Shown: positions 6,831-13,348 of the stretch, piece by piece
Position numbering within the stretch: position 1 is the first letter of the stretch
Layout of the letters: each line of letters begins with the position of its first letter
From: an uncultured archaeon
GTDB lineage: Archaea; Iainarchaeota; Iainarchaeia; Iainarchaeales; 0-14-0-20-30-16
DNA length: 13,398 bases
Assembly: GCA_964565125.1 (NCBI GenBank)
Contig: CAZMCX010000012.1
Coordinates: 1-13,398, forward strand
Direction: 5' to 3'
The notes under the pieces: model-generated
The model's database searches: none
Told to the model about the DNA's origin: nothing
What the model saw: only the letters and a program-made list of their open reading frames with translations
Made by a program: the position numbers and the translations under genes

Positions 6831-7140
6831 ACCTGGTGACGTTATTTTAACATATGTACAATTTGCTGATTCTTTTGAAATAAAAAAACGCCCGGCAGTA
6901 GTTTTATTTTCAGAAGCAGACAATTTTATTGTTGCAGGAATAACAAGCAACAAACTTAGAACTGGAATACCGGTGACAATAAAAGAAGGGGCGATAAAAG
7001 ACTCTGTTATTAGAATTGATTATATCTATACAGTAAGTCAAAAAATAATTGACAAAAAATTATTTACCCTCACAAAAGAAAAAAAAGAACTACTTTTTAA
7101 AGAATTGAATAATAAAATTTCGGAGTTACTTAGCTGTTAG
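6823..7140 (+). CDS. MazF/PemK-family endoribonuclease toxin
   Basis: YKPGDVILTYVQFADSFEIKKRPAVVLFSE..NFIVAGITSN...KDSVIRIDYIYTVSQKIIDKKLFTLTKEKKELLFKEL parallels the PemK/MazF pattern (K-R-G-D-V...G-x-E-x-x-K-x-R-P-x-V-V...I-V-x-P-I-T-S...D-S-V-I-x-x-x-Q-I-R-T-I-D). The ATG at 6823 is preferred over 6808 because GAGGA lies 8 nt upstream and the overlap with the antitoxin stop is typical. Confidence 0.8.
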   Translation: MYKPGDVILTYVQFADSFEIKKRPAVVLFSEADNFIVAGITSNKLRTGIPVTIKEGAIKDSVIRIDYIYTVSQKIIDKKLFTLTKEKKELLFKELNNKISELLSC

Positions 7141-7153
7141 TTCTCTGTGGGAT

Positions 7154-7603
7154 TTAAGGGGTAACAGTAACTCTTATTTTATCTATTTCTTTTTCAATTT
7201 GTTCAATAAAATAAATTTTTACTGCACGTATGTCTCTTGAAGAAGCTTGCCTAACTTTTAAATTATTTACTGCCCTGCGCAGATGTTCTTTCAAAACCAT
7301 CACATTATTTTCTACTTCTAAATGTAATCTTGCTTTTCTTAATGCCTCTCTTTTTTTTAATAACCTATTGTGCATTTTTGCATCTTTCACAGCAGACAAT
7401 TCTCTATTAACTGTATCAAATTTTTGGTCCAGCCCACGCATTTTTAAAACACGATCCATATGGATTCCAGTTTGGAGTGGGTTCAACTTTGGCACATTAT
7501 GTAATGCCTGCCTTTCAAGATGATCAAATCCACGATTAACTTGTTCGTGCCATTTAGCCCTTGTTTTTTCAGATAAATGATATAATATTGGCCTTGAAGC
7601 CAT
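7154..7603 (-). CDS. Hypothetical Arg/His/Lys-rich, largely helical protein (no recognised family)
   Basis: Clean ORF. The start at ATG 7603 (MASRPILYHL) is preferred because a GGGGGG run lies 7 nt upstream; the track start at 7624 adds 7 aa. There is no TM segment. The composition is richer in R/H than the neighbouring genes. Confidence 0.6.
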   Translation of the reverse strand: MASRPILYHLSEKTRAKWHEQVNRGFDHLERQALHNVPKLNPLQTGIHMDRVLKMRGLDQKFDTVNRELSAVKDAKMHNRLLKKREALRKARLHLEVENNVMVLKEHLRRAVNNLKVRQASSRDIRAVKIYFIEQIEKEIDKIRVTVTP

Positions 7604-7663
7604 ATAATTACCCCCCAATATCAATACTAATTATAAAAGTAGATACCCTTTTAAAATTATATC

Positions 7664-9715
7664 ATGTGTGGAATAGCAGGGATTATAGACAGAAAAGATA
7701 AGAAAACTGTGAAGGAAATGCTTTTTGTGCTAAAACACAGAGGCCCAGATTCTTCAAAAGTCGTTTCTTGGAATAATCTTACCTTCGGACAAAACTTGCT
7801 TGCTATTATTGACAATATCCCACAACCAATTTATGACAAAGATTCAATTCTAGTTGCTAATTGTGAAATTTACAATTGGGAAGAATTAAATAAGAAATAC
7901 AAACTAAATGCAAAAAATGATGCTGAATTGTTATTCAAAATCTTAAAGAAAAGAGGAGTAGAAGCAATTAAAGAATTAGATGGAGATTTTGCATTTGTAT
8001 TTACTGACAAAAACAAGGCAATATTAGCAAGAGATTTTTTTGGACTAAAACCAATTTGGTATTCGAATACAAAAAAAGGGTTTTATTTTGCATCTGAAAA
8101 AAAGGCATTACCAAAGTTTGCACAAGAAACGGCACAAGATTTACATCCAAGAAATATTTTAGAATATAATTTTAAAACAAAAAAAACAACCACACATTTT
8201 ATTGATTTTTACAAAGAATTGGAGTACAAAACAAAACAAGGTATAAAAAAAGAACGAATTAAAAAAGACCTTACTTGCCTACTTGAACAAGCAGTAAAAA
8301 AAAGAGTAAACACAAATAAAAAAATTGGAATACTTCTATCTGGTGGAGTAGATTCTAGCATTATAACCGCAATCGCCAAGAAATATAATAAAAATATTAC
8401 TTGCTATGTTGCATCTGCACTAACAAAAAGCGAGGATGAAAAATACGCAGAGATCGTTGCAAAATATTTGGGACTAAAATTAAAAAAAATAATTGCAACA
8501 GAAAAAGAAATTCTAAAAGCACTACCAGAAATAATAAAAATCCTTGAAACATCAGACCCTGTAAAAATAGGGGTTGCATTGCCATTTTATTTCTGCACAA
8601 AAGAAGCAAAGAAAGATGGAATTAAAGTTATGCTTAGCGGATTAGGAAGTGAGGACGTTTTTATTGGATATGATAGGTATAACTCAAATAAAGATGGTTT
8701 ATATGGCCTAAAGAATATTTTCCACAGAGACCTTTACAGGGATGATTTAATTTGTATGAATAATTCTATTGAATTAAGAGTTCCTTTGCTAGACAAAGAA
8801 TTAGTAAAGTATGCAATAAATGTAGATATAAAACACAAAATAAAAGATAAAATAAAAAAATATGTCTTAAGAGAAATTGCTTTAGATTATTTACCAAAAG
8901 AGATTGCATTCCGAGCAAGAAAAGCAGCACAGTTTAGTAGTGGGTTTGATAAAGCAGTAACAAAATTAGCTAAGGACAGGCAAAAACAAAAAGGAGAATT
9001 CTATAAGAAATATATTTCAAAAAATAATGATAATGTTGGGATTCTTTTCACTGGCGGAAAAGATTCAGTTCTGACTTTAGAAATTCTAAAAAGTATGAAC
9101 TATGATATAAAATGTTTAATTACAATTGACAGCAAGAATAAAGATTCCTATATGTACCATACCCCAAATATTTCTTTGGCAAGGTTACAAGCAAAGGCTC
9201 TAGAAATTCCAATTATAGTGCTAAAAACAAAAGGAGAAAAAGAACTAGAATTAAAAGAATTAGAAAAAGCAATAAAAATCGCAAAAGAGAAATACAACAT
9301 TAATTTAATTGCAAGCGGGGCAATATTTTCAGAATATCAAAGAGACAGAATAGAAATAATTGCCGAAAGATTAGGCTTAAAATGTTTGGCGCCTTTGTGG
9401 CATAAAAATCAGGAGCAAGAGGTTACAGAACTTATCAGCAGAGGAATAAAAGCAATAATAACAAGGATTTGTGCACACGGCCTAAACCAAGACGATCTTG
9501 GAAAAGAGATTGACAAAAAAATGCTTGAAAATCTCAAAAAAATAAATGAACGGCTTGGATTTAACATTGCTGGAGAAGGTGGAGAATATGAATCTTTTGT
9601 TTTAGACTCCCCAAGTTTCAAGAAGACAATAAATATAGTAAAATCAACAAAAAGTTCTAATGGAGAATATAATCACACCCTTACCATTGAAAAAGTGGAA
9701 CTAAAAGAAAAGTGA
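7664..9715 (+). CDS. Fusion protein: AsnB-type class II glutamine amidotransferase plus asparagine-synthetase-like PP-loop domain (aa 1-~455), fused to a Dph6/MJ0570-type diphthine-ammonia-ligase-like ATP pyrophosphatase domain (aa ~458-683)
   Basis: The N-terminus is MCGIAGI (Cys2 Ntn nucleophile), followed by HRGPD, NCEIYN, DGDFAFVF, RDFFGLKPIWY and FASEKKAL. The first PP-loop is LLSGGVDSS (nt 8339-8359), followed by ELRVPLLDKELV and KYVLREIA...LPKEIAFRARKA. Then comes a second PP-loop, GILFTGGKDS (nt 9050-9067), with SYMYHTPN, SGAIFSEYQRDRIE, LAPLWH and GEGGEYESFVLDSPSF, which match the MJ0570/Dph6 family. It is a single continuous frame with no internal start at the junction. Confidence 0.85.
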   Translation: MCGIAGIIDRKDKKTVKEMLFVLKHRGPDSSKVVSWNNLTFGQNLLAIIDNIPQPIYDKDSILVANCEIYNWEELNKKYKLNAKNDAELLFKILKKRGVEAIKELDGDFAFVFTDKNKAILARDFFGLKPIWYSNTKKGFYFASEKKALPKFAQETAQDLHPRNILEYNFKTKKTTTHFIDFYKELEYKTKQGIKKERIKKDLTCLLEQAVKKRVNTNKKIGILLSGGVDSSIITAIAKKYNKNITCYVASALTKSEDEKYAEIVAKYLGLKLKKIIATEKEILKALPEIIKILETSDPVKIGVALPFYFCTKEAKKDGIKVMLSGLGSEDVFIGYDRYNSNKDGLYGLKNIFHRDLYRDDLICMNNSIELRVPLLDKELVKYAINVDIKHKIKDKIKKYVLREIALDYLPKEIAFRARKAAQFSSGFDKAVTKLAKDRQKQKGEFYKKYISKNNDNVGILFTGGKDSVLTLEILKSMNYDIKCLITIDSKNKDSYMYHTPNISLARLQAKALEIPIIVLKTKGEKELELKELEKAIKIAKEKYNINLIASGAIFSEYQRDRIEIIAERLGLKCLAPLWHKNQEQEVTELISRGIKAIITRICAHGLNQDDLGKEIDKKMLENLKKINERLGFNIAGEGGEYESFVLDSPSFKKTINIVKSTKSSNGEYNHTLTIEKVELKEK

Positions 9716-9777
9716 TTTTTGCCCCTACTTACACAGCACAGGGATATATTTTTAAACATGTTGACCATTAATAAGTA

Positions 9778-10236
9778 ATGGACAAAAAGAATCTTTATTC
9801 AACAATAATACTTATTTTGCTAGTAGTAGTAATTGTAATTCTAATGGTGCTTTCAAGTAAGCCAAATAACAACAACCAAAATACAAACTCAGACAGCAAT
9901 GTATTAAAGACTTTTTTTATAAACAAAGATGGCCCAATCCCCCCTGCAAACTGTGAAGCTGCGGACGGAAACAATAAAATAATTATTATTGAATCAAAAT
10001 ATTGTAGTGCCTGCAAAGAATTCTTAAAAACATTGGATAACTTAAAAGACAGCCCATACATTTTCCATTTATATGATATAACAGAATCAGAAAAAAGAGA
10101 TTTTATTGAAAATACTCTGAAAGTAGATGCCCAATATTATCCTACAAGCATCATTGGATGTGATGCTTACATTGGGGCAATGGACGAAAATACTCTATTA
10201 GAAGTATTAAGCACTTATGAATTAGAACAAAAGTGA
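9778..10236 (+). CDS. Membrane-anchored thioredoxin/glutaredoxin-fold protein with CxxC active site
   Basis: N-terminal TM anchor (STIILILLVVVIVILMVLS), an Asn-rich linker, then KIIIIESKY-C76-SA-C79-KEFL...YPTSIIGCDAYIG (cis-Pro YPT), which is the classical Trx/Grx fold order. The gene ends 4 nt before the next gene. Confidence 0.75.
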   Translation: MDKKNLYSTIILILLVVVIVILMVLSSKPNNNNQNTNSDSNVLKTFFINKDGPIPPANCEAADGNNKIIIIESKYCSACKEFLKTLDNLKDSPYIFHLYDITESEKRDFIENTLKVDAQYYPTSIIGCDAYIGAMDENTLLEVLSTYELEQK

Positions 10237-10240
10237 TATT

Positions 10241-11062
10241 ATGACCCCCAACAAAAAAAGACTAATAATAAGCATTAGCCTACTTGTTGGAATTATTCTT
10301 ATTTTCATAATTTTGAGTTTAATAAACCAAGACTCAATAAAGAATTTCGCAGGCTCATTACCTTTGCCAATTTTAACTGTTTTTGTTGGACTTTTAGATG
10401 GGTTTAACCCTTGCACCTTTTTTGTATTTGGCTTAATTCTAAGTCTACTAGTTTCAGTTTCTGACTCCAGAAAAAAAATGCTTGCAGTCTCATTATCTTT
10501 CATTATTGTTGTTTTTGTAATATACTTTCTTTTTATGTCTGCTTGGCTCACAATGCTAAGTATAATTGGATTTATGGACATCTTAAGAATTATTGTTGGC
10601 ATTATTGCAATAATTGCAGGACTAATAAACTGGAAAGAGTTTATTTGGTTTAGAAAAGGCATAACCTTAATGATACAAGATAAAGACAAAACAAAAGTAA
10701 CTAGAAAAATACAAAATTTAAAAGATAAGATAACTTCTGGAACAATACTAAGTCTTATTGGTGCAAGCATATTTTTAGCGTTGTTTACATCCTTGATTGA
10801 AATCCCCTGCACAGTTGGACTGCCTCTAATTTATACCACAATTTTAGCACAAAACGCCTTTGGATTCTCACATTATTTTTACATATTACTTTACTGCTTA
10901 ATTTATGTAATTCCACTACTTGCAATTTCTGGGTGGTTTATCTATTCTTTCAAAGAAAAAACAATTTCAAAGAAGCAAATGCAGTGGATAAAGCTAATTA
11001 CTGGGCTTATAATGATAGTATTGGGTATTATCATATTATTTTGGCCTGGGCTACTTATATAA
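10241..11062 (+). CDS. Polytopic membrane protein, CcdA/DsbD-like thiol-disulfide electron transporter (putative)
   Basis: About 7 predicted TM helices. Two intramembrane Pro-Cys motifs (GFNP-C58-TFFVFG and EIP-C190-TVGLPL) are spaced as in the two pseudo-repeats of CcdA/DsbD. It is adjacent to and co-oriented with a CxxC thioredoxin-fold gene. Confidence 0.55.
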   Translation: MTPNKKRLIISISLLVGIILIFIILSLINQDSIKNFAGSLPLPILTVFVGLLDGFNPCTFFVFGLILSLLVSVSDSRKKMLAVSLSFIIVVFVIYFLFMSAWLTMLSIIGFMDILRIIVGIIAIIAGLINWKEFIWFRKGITLMIQDKDKTKVTRKIQNLKDKITSGTILSLIGASIFLALFTSLIEIPCTVGLPLIYTTILAQNAFGFSHYFYILLYCLIYVIPLLAISGWFIYSFKEKTISKKQMQWIKLITGLIMIVLGIIILFWPGLLI

Positions 11063-11280
11063 AAAATTATTTAGGGCGAGGCCTAAATCTCTCCCGAAGT
11101 CTACTAAACAAAGACTTTTTAGGTGCTGGTTTTAAGGGTTCTATATGATCTGGAGAATATTTATTTCTTACTTTTCCAGTAGAAGGGTTTAAAAACACAC
11201 TGCAGCCCAATAATGATAGAAATATTTTAATAGTTCAAATCGAGTTAATCTATTTCTAAAGTTTTTCGGAGGAGAATTAA

Positions 11281-11466
11281 ATGAATGGTACAGTAAAGTT
11301 TTACAATGAAACTAAAGGTTTCGGTTTTATATCTGGAGAAGATGGGAAAGATTACTTTGTACATCAAACTGGATTAAAGGAAAGTATAAACAAGGATGAA
11401 GCAGTTACTTTCGATGTAGAAAAGGGAGATAAAGGCCCTAAAGCAGTAAATGTAGCTAAAGCTTAA
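11281..11466 (+). CDS. csp: Cold-shock domain protein (CspA family)
   Basis: MNGTVKFYNETKGFGFISGEDGKDYFVHQTGL... carries RNP1 (KGFGFI) and RNP2 (YFVHQ) and is 61 aa. GGAGG lies at 11268-11272, 8 nt upstream of the ATG. Confidence 0.95.
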   Translation: MNGTVKFYNETKGFGFISGEDGKDYFVHQTGLKESINKDEAVTFDVEKGDKGPKAVNVAKA

Positions 11467-11474
11467 GATTAATT

Positions 11475-11503
11475 TGCCCTTCGGGGCATATTATACTTTT
11501 TTT
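11475..11503 (+). terminator. Stem-loop TGCCC-TTCG-GGGCA followed by a T7 run, between the convergent csp and taw1 genes
   Basis: 5-bp GC-rich stem with a UUCG tetraloop at 11475-11488, beginning 9 nt after the csp stop; TTTTTTT at 11497-11503. Confidence 0.55.
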
Positions 11504-11564
11504 ATATTTTAATATTTACATACATTACATTTTCTTTTTGTATCTTTTCATCAACAAAGCATTA

Positions 11565-12554
11565 CTAACTATTGTCTTCAATTATTAATTTAGTTTTATA
11601 TTTACTTCCCTTATTTTTTAACAAGACAATTCTTGATGCTTCACAGTCATTCTCACACTTGTAAGATTTCAGATTCTTTAGCAGGATTTTTGAGTAATCC
11701 TTAATTTCACTAAATAAAGGCATATTTTCCTGCCCAAGCTTCTTCCTTGAATCTCCTATCCACATATAGGCTTTTACTTCTACAAAATCCGCCCCAGAGC
11801 CTTCGATAAGCTTTGCTAATTTCTCTAATTGCTCTTTTTGGGTGTTATAGTCCTTGATTAGGGTTACCCTGATTACAGACCTTACTTTAAGAGTTTTCAG
11901 CAGATTTAGGCTCTTCTTTAGGCTTTTAAAGCCATCTTTACTAATCCCTCTGTTTATCTGGACATATGATTTAGGATCATAAGCCGTTAAAGAGAGATAT
12001 AATTGAGAAGGAAGTGCCTTTTTCTCCTTAAGTTTCTGAAGCATTTCTGGATTCTGGCCATTTGTAACTATAAAAATGCTTTCCGCCCCTTTTTTCTTAA
12101 TTTCTTTAACAAGTTCAGGCAGATAAGGATAAAGAGTTGGCTCTCCAGAAAGAGATATTGCCCAATGTTTAGGGAATCCATCAATAGAAGCTTTCAGTTT
12201 CTTTTGGTTTACTTTTTCATAGCCTTTAAAGCCAATCAGTAGTAGCCTTCGCTTTTTAACAAGCTTATCAACAAGTTCCTTTGGCTTTATTGCCTCTTTT
12301 TTGCTTATCTTTTTAGTATTATACATTTCAGCAGGTCGCCAGCAGAATATACAGTTCTGATCACAGGTCAAGACATTAGGAGTTATCTGGGCACAGGAGT
12401 AGGTCTTCACACCATAGAATTTGTTTTTGTAGCATTCATCCTGGTCTCGCAGGCTCTTCTTGGTCCATTCACAAATCTGAACAGCACCTTGCTTTCCAGC
12501 AAGCCCATATTGTCTGCCAGTTAACATTTTTTCCTGAGAAGAGGTTAGTTGCAT
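11565..12554 (-). CDS. taw1: tRNA 4-demethylwyosine synthase (Taw1/TYW1), radical SAM enzyme
   Basis: Radical-SAM CxxxCxxC (C64-DQN-C68-IF-C71-WRP), plus the upstream Cys triad typical of the second cluster of TYW1 (C28 in ICEWTKKSL, C41 in CYKNKFYG, C54 in SCAQITP). The N-terminal region is collinear with archaeal Taw1 as I recall it. Confidence 0.85.
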   Translation of the reverse strand: MQLTSSQEKMLTGRQYGLAGKQGAVQICEWTKKSLRDQDECYKNKFYGVKTYSCAQITPNVLTCDQNCIFCWRPAEMYNTKKISKKEAIKPKELVDKLVKKRRLLLIGFKGYEKVNQKKLKASIDGFPKHWAISLSGEPTLYPYLPELVKEIKKKGAESIFIVTNGQNPEMLQKLKEKKALPSQLYLSLTAYDPKSYVQINRGISKDGFKSLKKSLNLLKTLKVRSVIRVTLIKDYNTQKEQLEKLAKLIEGSGADFVEVKAYMWIGDSRKKLGQENMPLFSEIKDYSKILLKNLKSYKCENDCEASRIVLLKNKGSKYKTKLIIEDNS

Positions 12555-12568
12555 AATAGTTCACTTAA

Positions 12569-12739
12569 TTAAGTTTTTATTTTTTTAATAGCATCCTCTG
12601 CTTTTTGAACGATTATAGATTTATCTTTAATATACATTATAAGTGTATCACCTTTAGAAATACCCATAAGTTCTCTAAGTTCTAAAGGAATACTTATTTG
12701 TCCTTTATCACTAACTTTAACAACCCAAATATCAGACAT
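12569..12739 (-). CDS. AbrB/SpoVT-family (MazE-like swapped-hairpin) small DNA-binding protein, 56 aa; below the ORF-track cutoff
   Basis: Hand translation: MSDIWVVKVSDKGQISIPLELRELMGISKGDTLIMYIKDKSIIVQKAEDAIKKIKT*. The core VKVSDKGQISIPLELRELMGISKGDTL matches the SpoVT/AbrB signature (V-x-V-x-x-K-G-Q-I-x-I-P-x-E-I-R-x-x-L-G-I-x-x-G-D). GTGAT lies 4 nt upstream of the ATG. The gene ends 14 nt before the taw1 ATG. Confidence 0.8.
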   Translation of the reverse strand: MSDIWVVKVSDKGQISIPLELRELMGISKGDTLIMYIKDKSIIVQKAEDAIKKIKT

Positions 12740-12786
12740 AATTATCACTTATAAATATTAGAATAGTAAGATTATTAAAACTATTC

Positions 12787-12918
12787 TTACCCCTTACCTA
12801 TGCCACTATTAGTTATTCCTTTAGTAATTTCTTCACCAACTAATTTATTTAAATCATCAAATTCTTCTTTTGCAGATCCAATAATAATTACTTTTGTTAG
12901 CTTTCCTTTAAACATCAT
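12787..12918 (-). CDS. Small 43-aa ORF of unknown function, translationally coupled to the upstream winged-helix gene
   Basis: Hand translation: MMFKGKLTKVIIIGSAKEEFDDLNKLVGEEITKGITNSGIGKG*. Its ATG (12918-12916) overlaps the TGA (12917-12915) of the upstream gene (ATGA). The beta-strand-then-helix pattern (KVIIIGSAKEEFDDLNKL) is reminiscent of the N-termini of RelE/HigB-like toxins or RHH proteins, but the ORF is too short to assign. Confidence 0.4.
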   Translation of the reverse strand: MMFKGKLTKVIIIGSAKEEFDDLNKLVGEEITKGITNSGIGKG

Positions 12919-13178
12919 AATTCAACACCTTCTTTTATTGCTCTATCCAATTTTTGACTTGGGTTATATATCCATAAAATTCCTTTTCTTCCATCAAGTA
13001 TTTTCCCACTTTCTTCAAGGTATCTTAAAATTAGATTTAGAGTTTGGTGCATAATTTTAGTTGGCACTTTTGATTTTAGTTCTTCCCTAGTCATTAAGTT
13101 ATTAGCACTTTTTAAGGTATTTTCTACCATTAATACAGTTTTTAAGTTAGGATAATGTATAACGTCAATCACTTGCAT
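12915..13178 (-). CDS. Small winged-helix-type putative DNA-binding protein (87 aa)
   Basis: The start at ATG 13178 (MQVIDVIHYP...) is preferred over the track start at 13253. GGTGGT lies 4 nt upstream, TTTATATAA/TATATAA TATA-like boxes lie further upstream, and the 25-aa extension would read through that promoter-like AT-rich DNA. MTREELKSKVPTKIMHQTLNLILRYLEESGKILDGRKGILWIY has a helix-turn-helix plus beta-wing pattern. Confidence 0.6.
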   Translation of the reverse strand: MQVIDVIHYPNLKTVLMVENTLKSANNLMTREELKSKVPTKIMHQTLNLILRYLEESGKILDGRKGILWIYNPSQKLDRAIKEGVEL

Positions 13179-13327
13179 TTTGACCACCAATTTATATAAA
13201 CTTATATAAGTTAGTATATAACAATATATAAATATTCCTAAGAAACATATCACTACAATAGCAAAAAAACAACTGCTTTTTCTTAACTGTGTTGGTACAA
13301 AAAAAGTAAAATTAAAAATGAGGAGTT

Positions 13328-13348
13328 ATGCAGACTTAACGTCTGCAT
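13328..13348. terminator. 8-bp hairpin ATGCAGAC-TTAAC-GTCTGCAT flanked by T-rich tracts on both strands
   Basis: Perfect inverted repeat, read directly. On the plus strand it is followed by TTTTAAATTTT; on the minus strand by CATTTTTAATTTTACTTTTTTT. It probably terminates a minus-strand gene lying beyond the right window edge, or a short plus-strand transcript. Confidence 0.35.

Noticed and set aside
10222-10812. 196-aa minus-strand ORF
   Set aside because: It is fully antisense to the CcdA-like membrane gene. Its hydrophobic, low-complexity translation is the typical mirror of a TM-rich gene, whereas the plus-strand frame has conserved Pro-Cys motifs and operon context.
10933-11148. 71-aa plus-strand ORF overlapping the end of the CcdA-like gene
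   Set aside because: It is out of frame inside a better-supported gene and runs into the hairpin-containing intergenic region. No motif or RBS is evident.
11540-11562. TTGATGA on the minus strand downstream of taw1, as a possible second C/D box sRNA
   Set aside because: No CTGA D or D' box and no second C' box lie at the required spacing, and the first position is U rather than a purine.
12800-13054. 84-aa plus-strand ORF, and other antisense ORFs (256-444, 1621-1806, 1908-2150, 3810-4013, 4016-4198, 4764-4961, 5042-5335, 5384-5566, 7230-7523, 8397-8609, 9409-9621, 9795-10061, 12003-12242)
   Set aside because: All lie antisense within genes that carry strong family motifs or better context. 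The translations are low-complexity Leu/Phe/Ser-rich, as expected from antisense reading of Lys/Glu-rich genes.
13179-13253. 25-aa hydrophobic N-terminal extension of the winged-helix ORF (MICFLGIFIYCYILTYISLYKLVVK); similar short extensions at 7604-7624, 3590-3598 and 6808-6822
   Set aside because: The extensions read through TATA-like or SD-like sequences that fit the internal ATG better, so the internal starts were chosen. Coordinates remain uncertain by these amounts.
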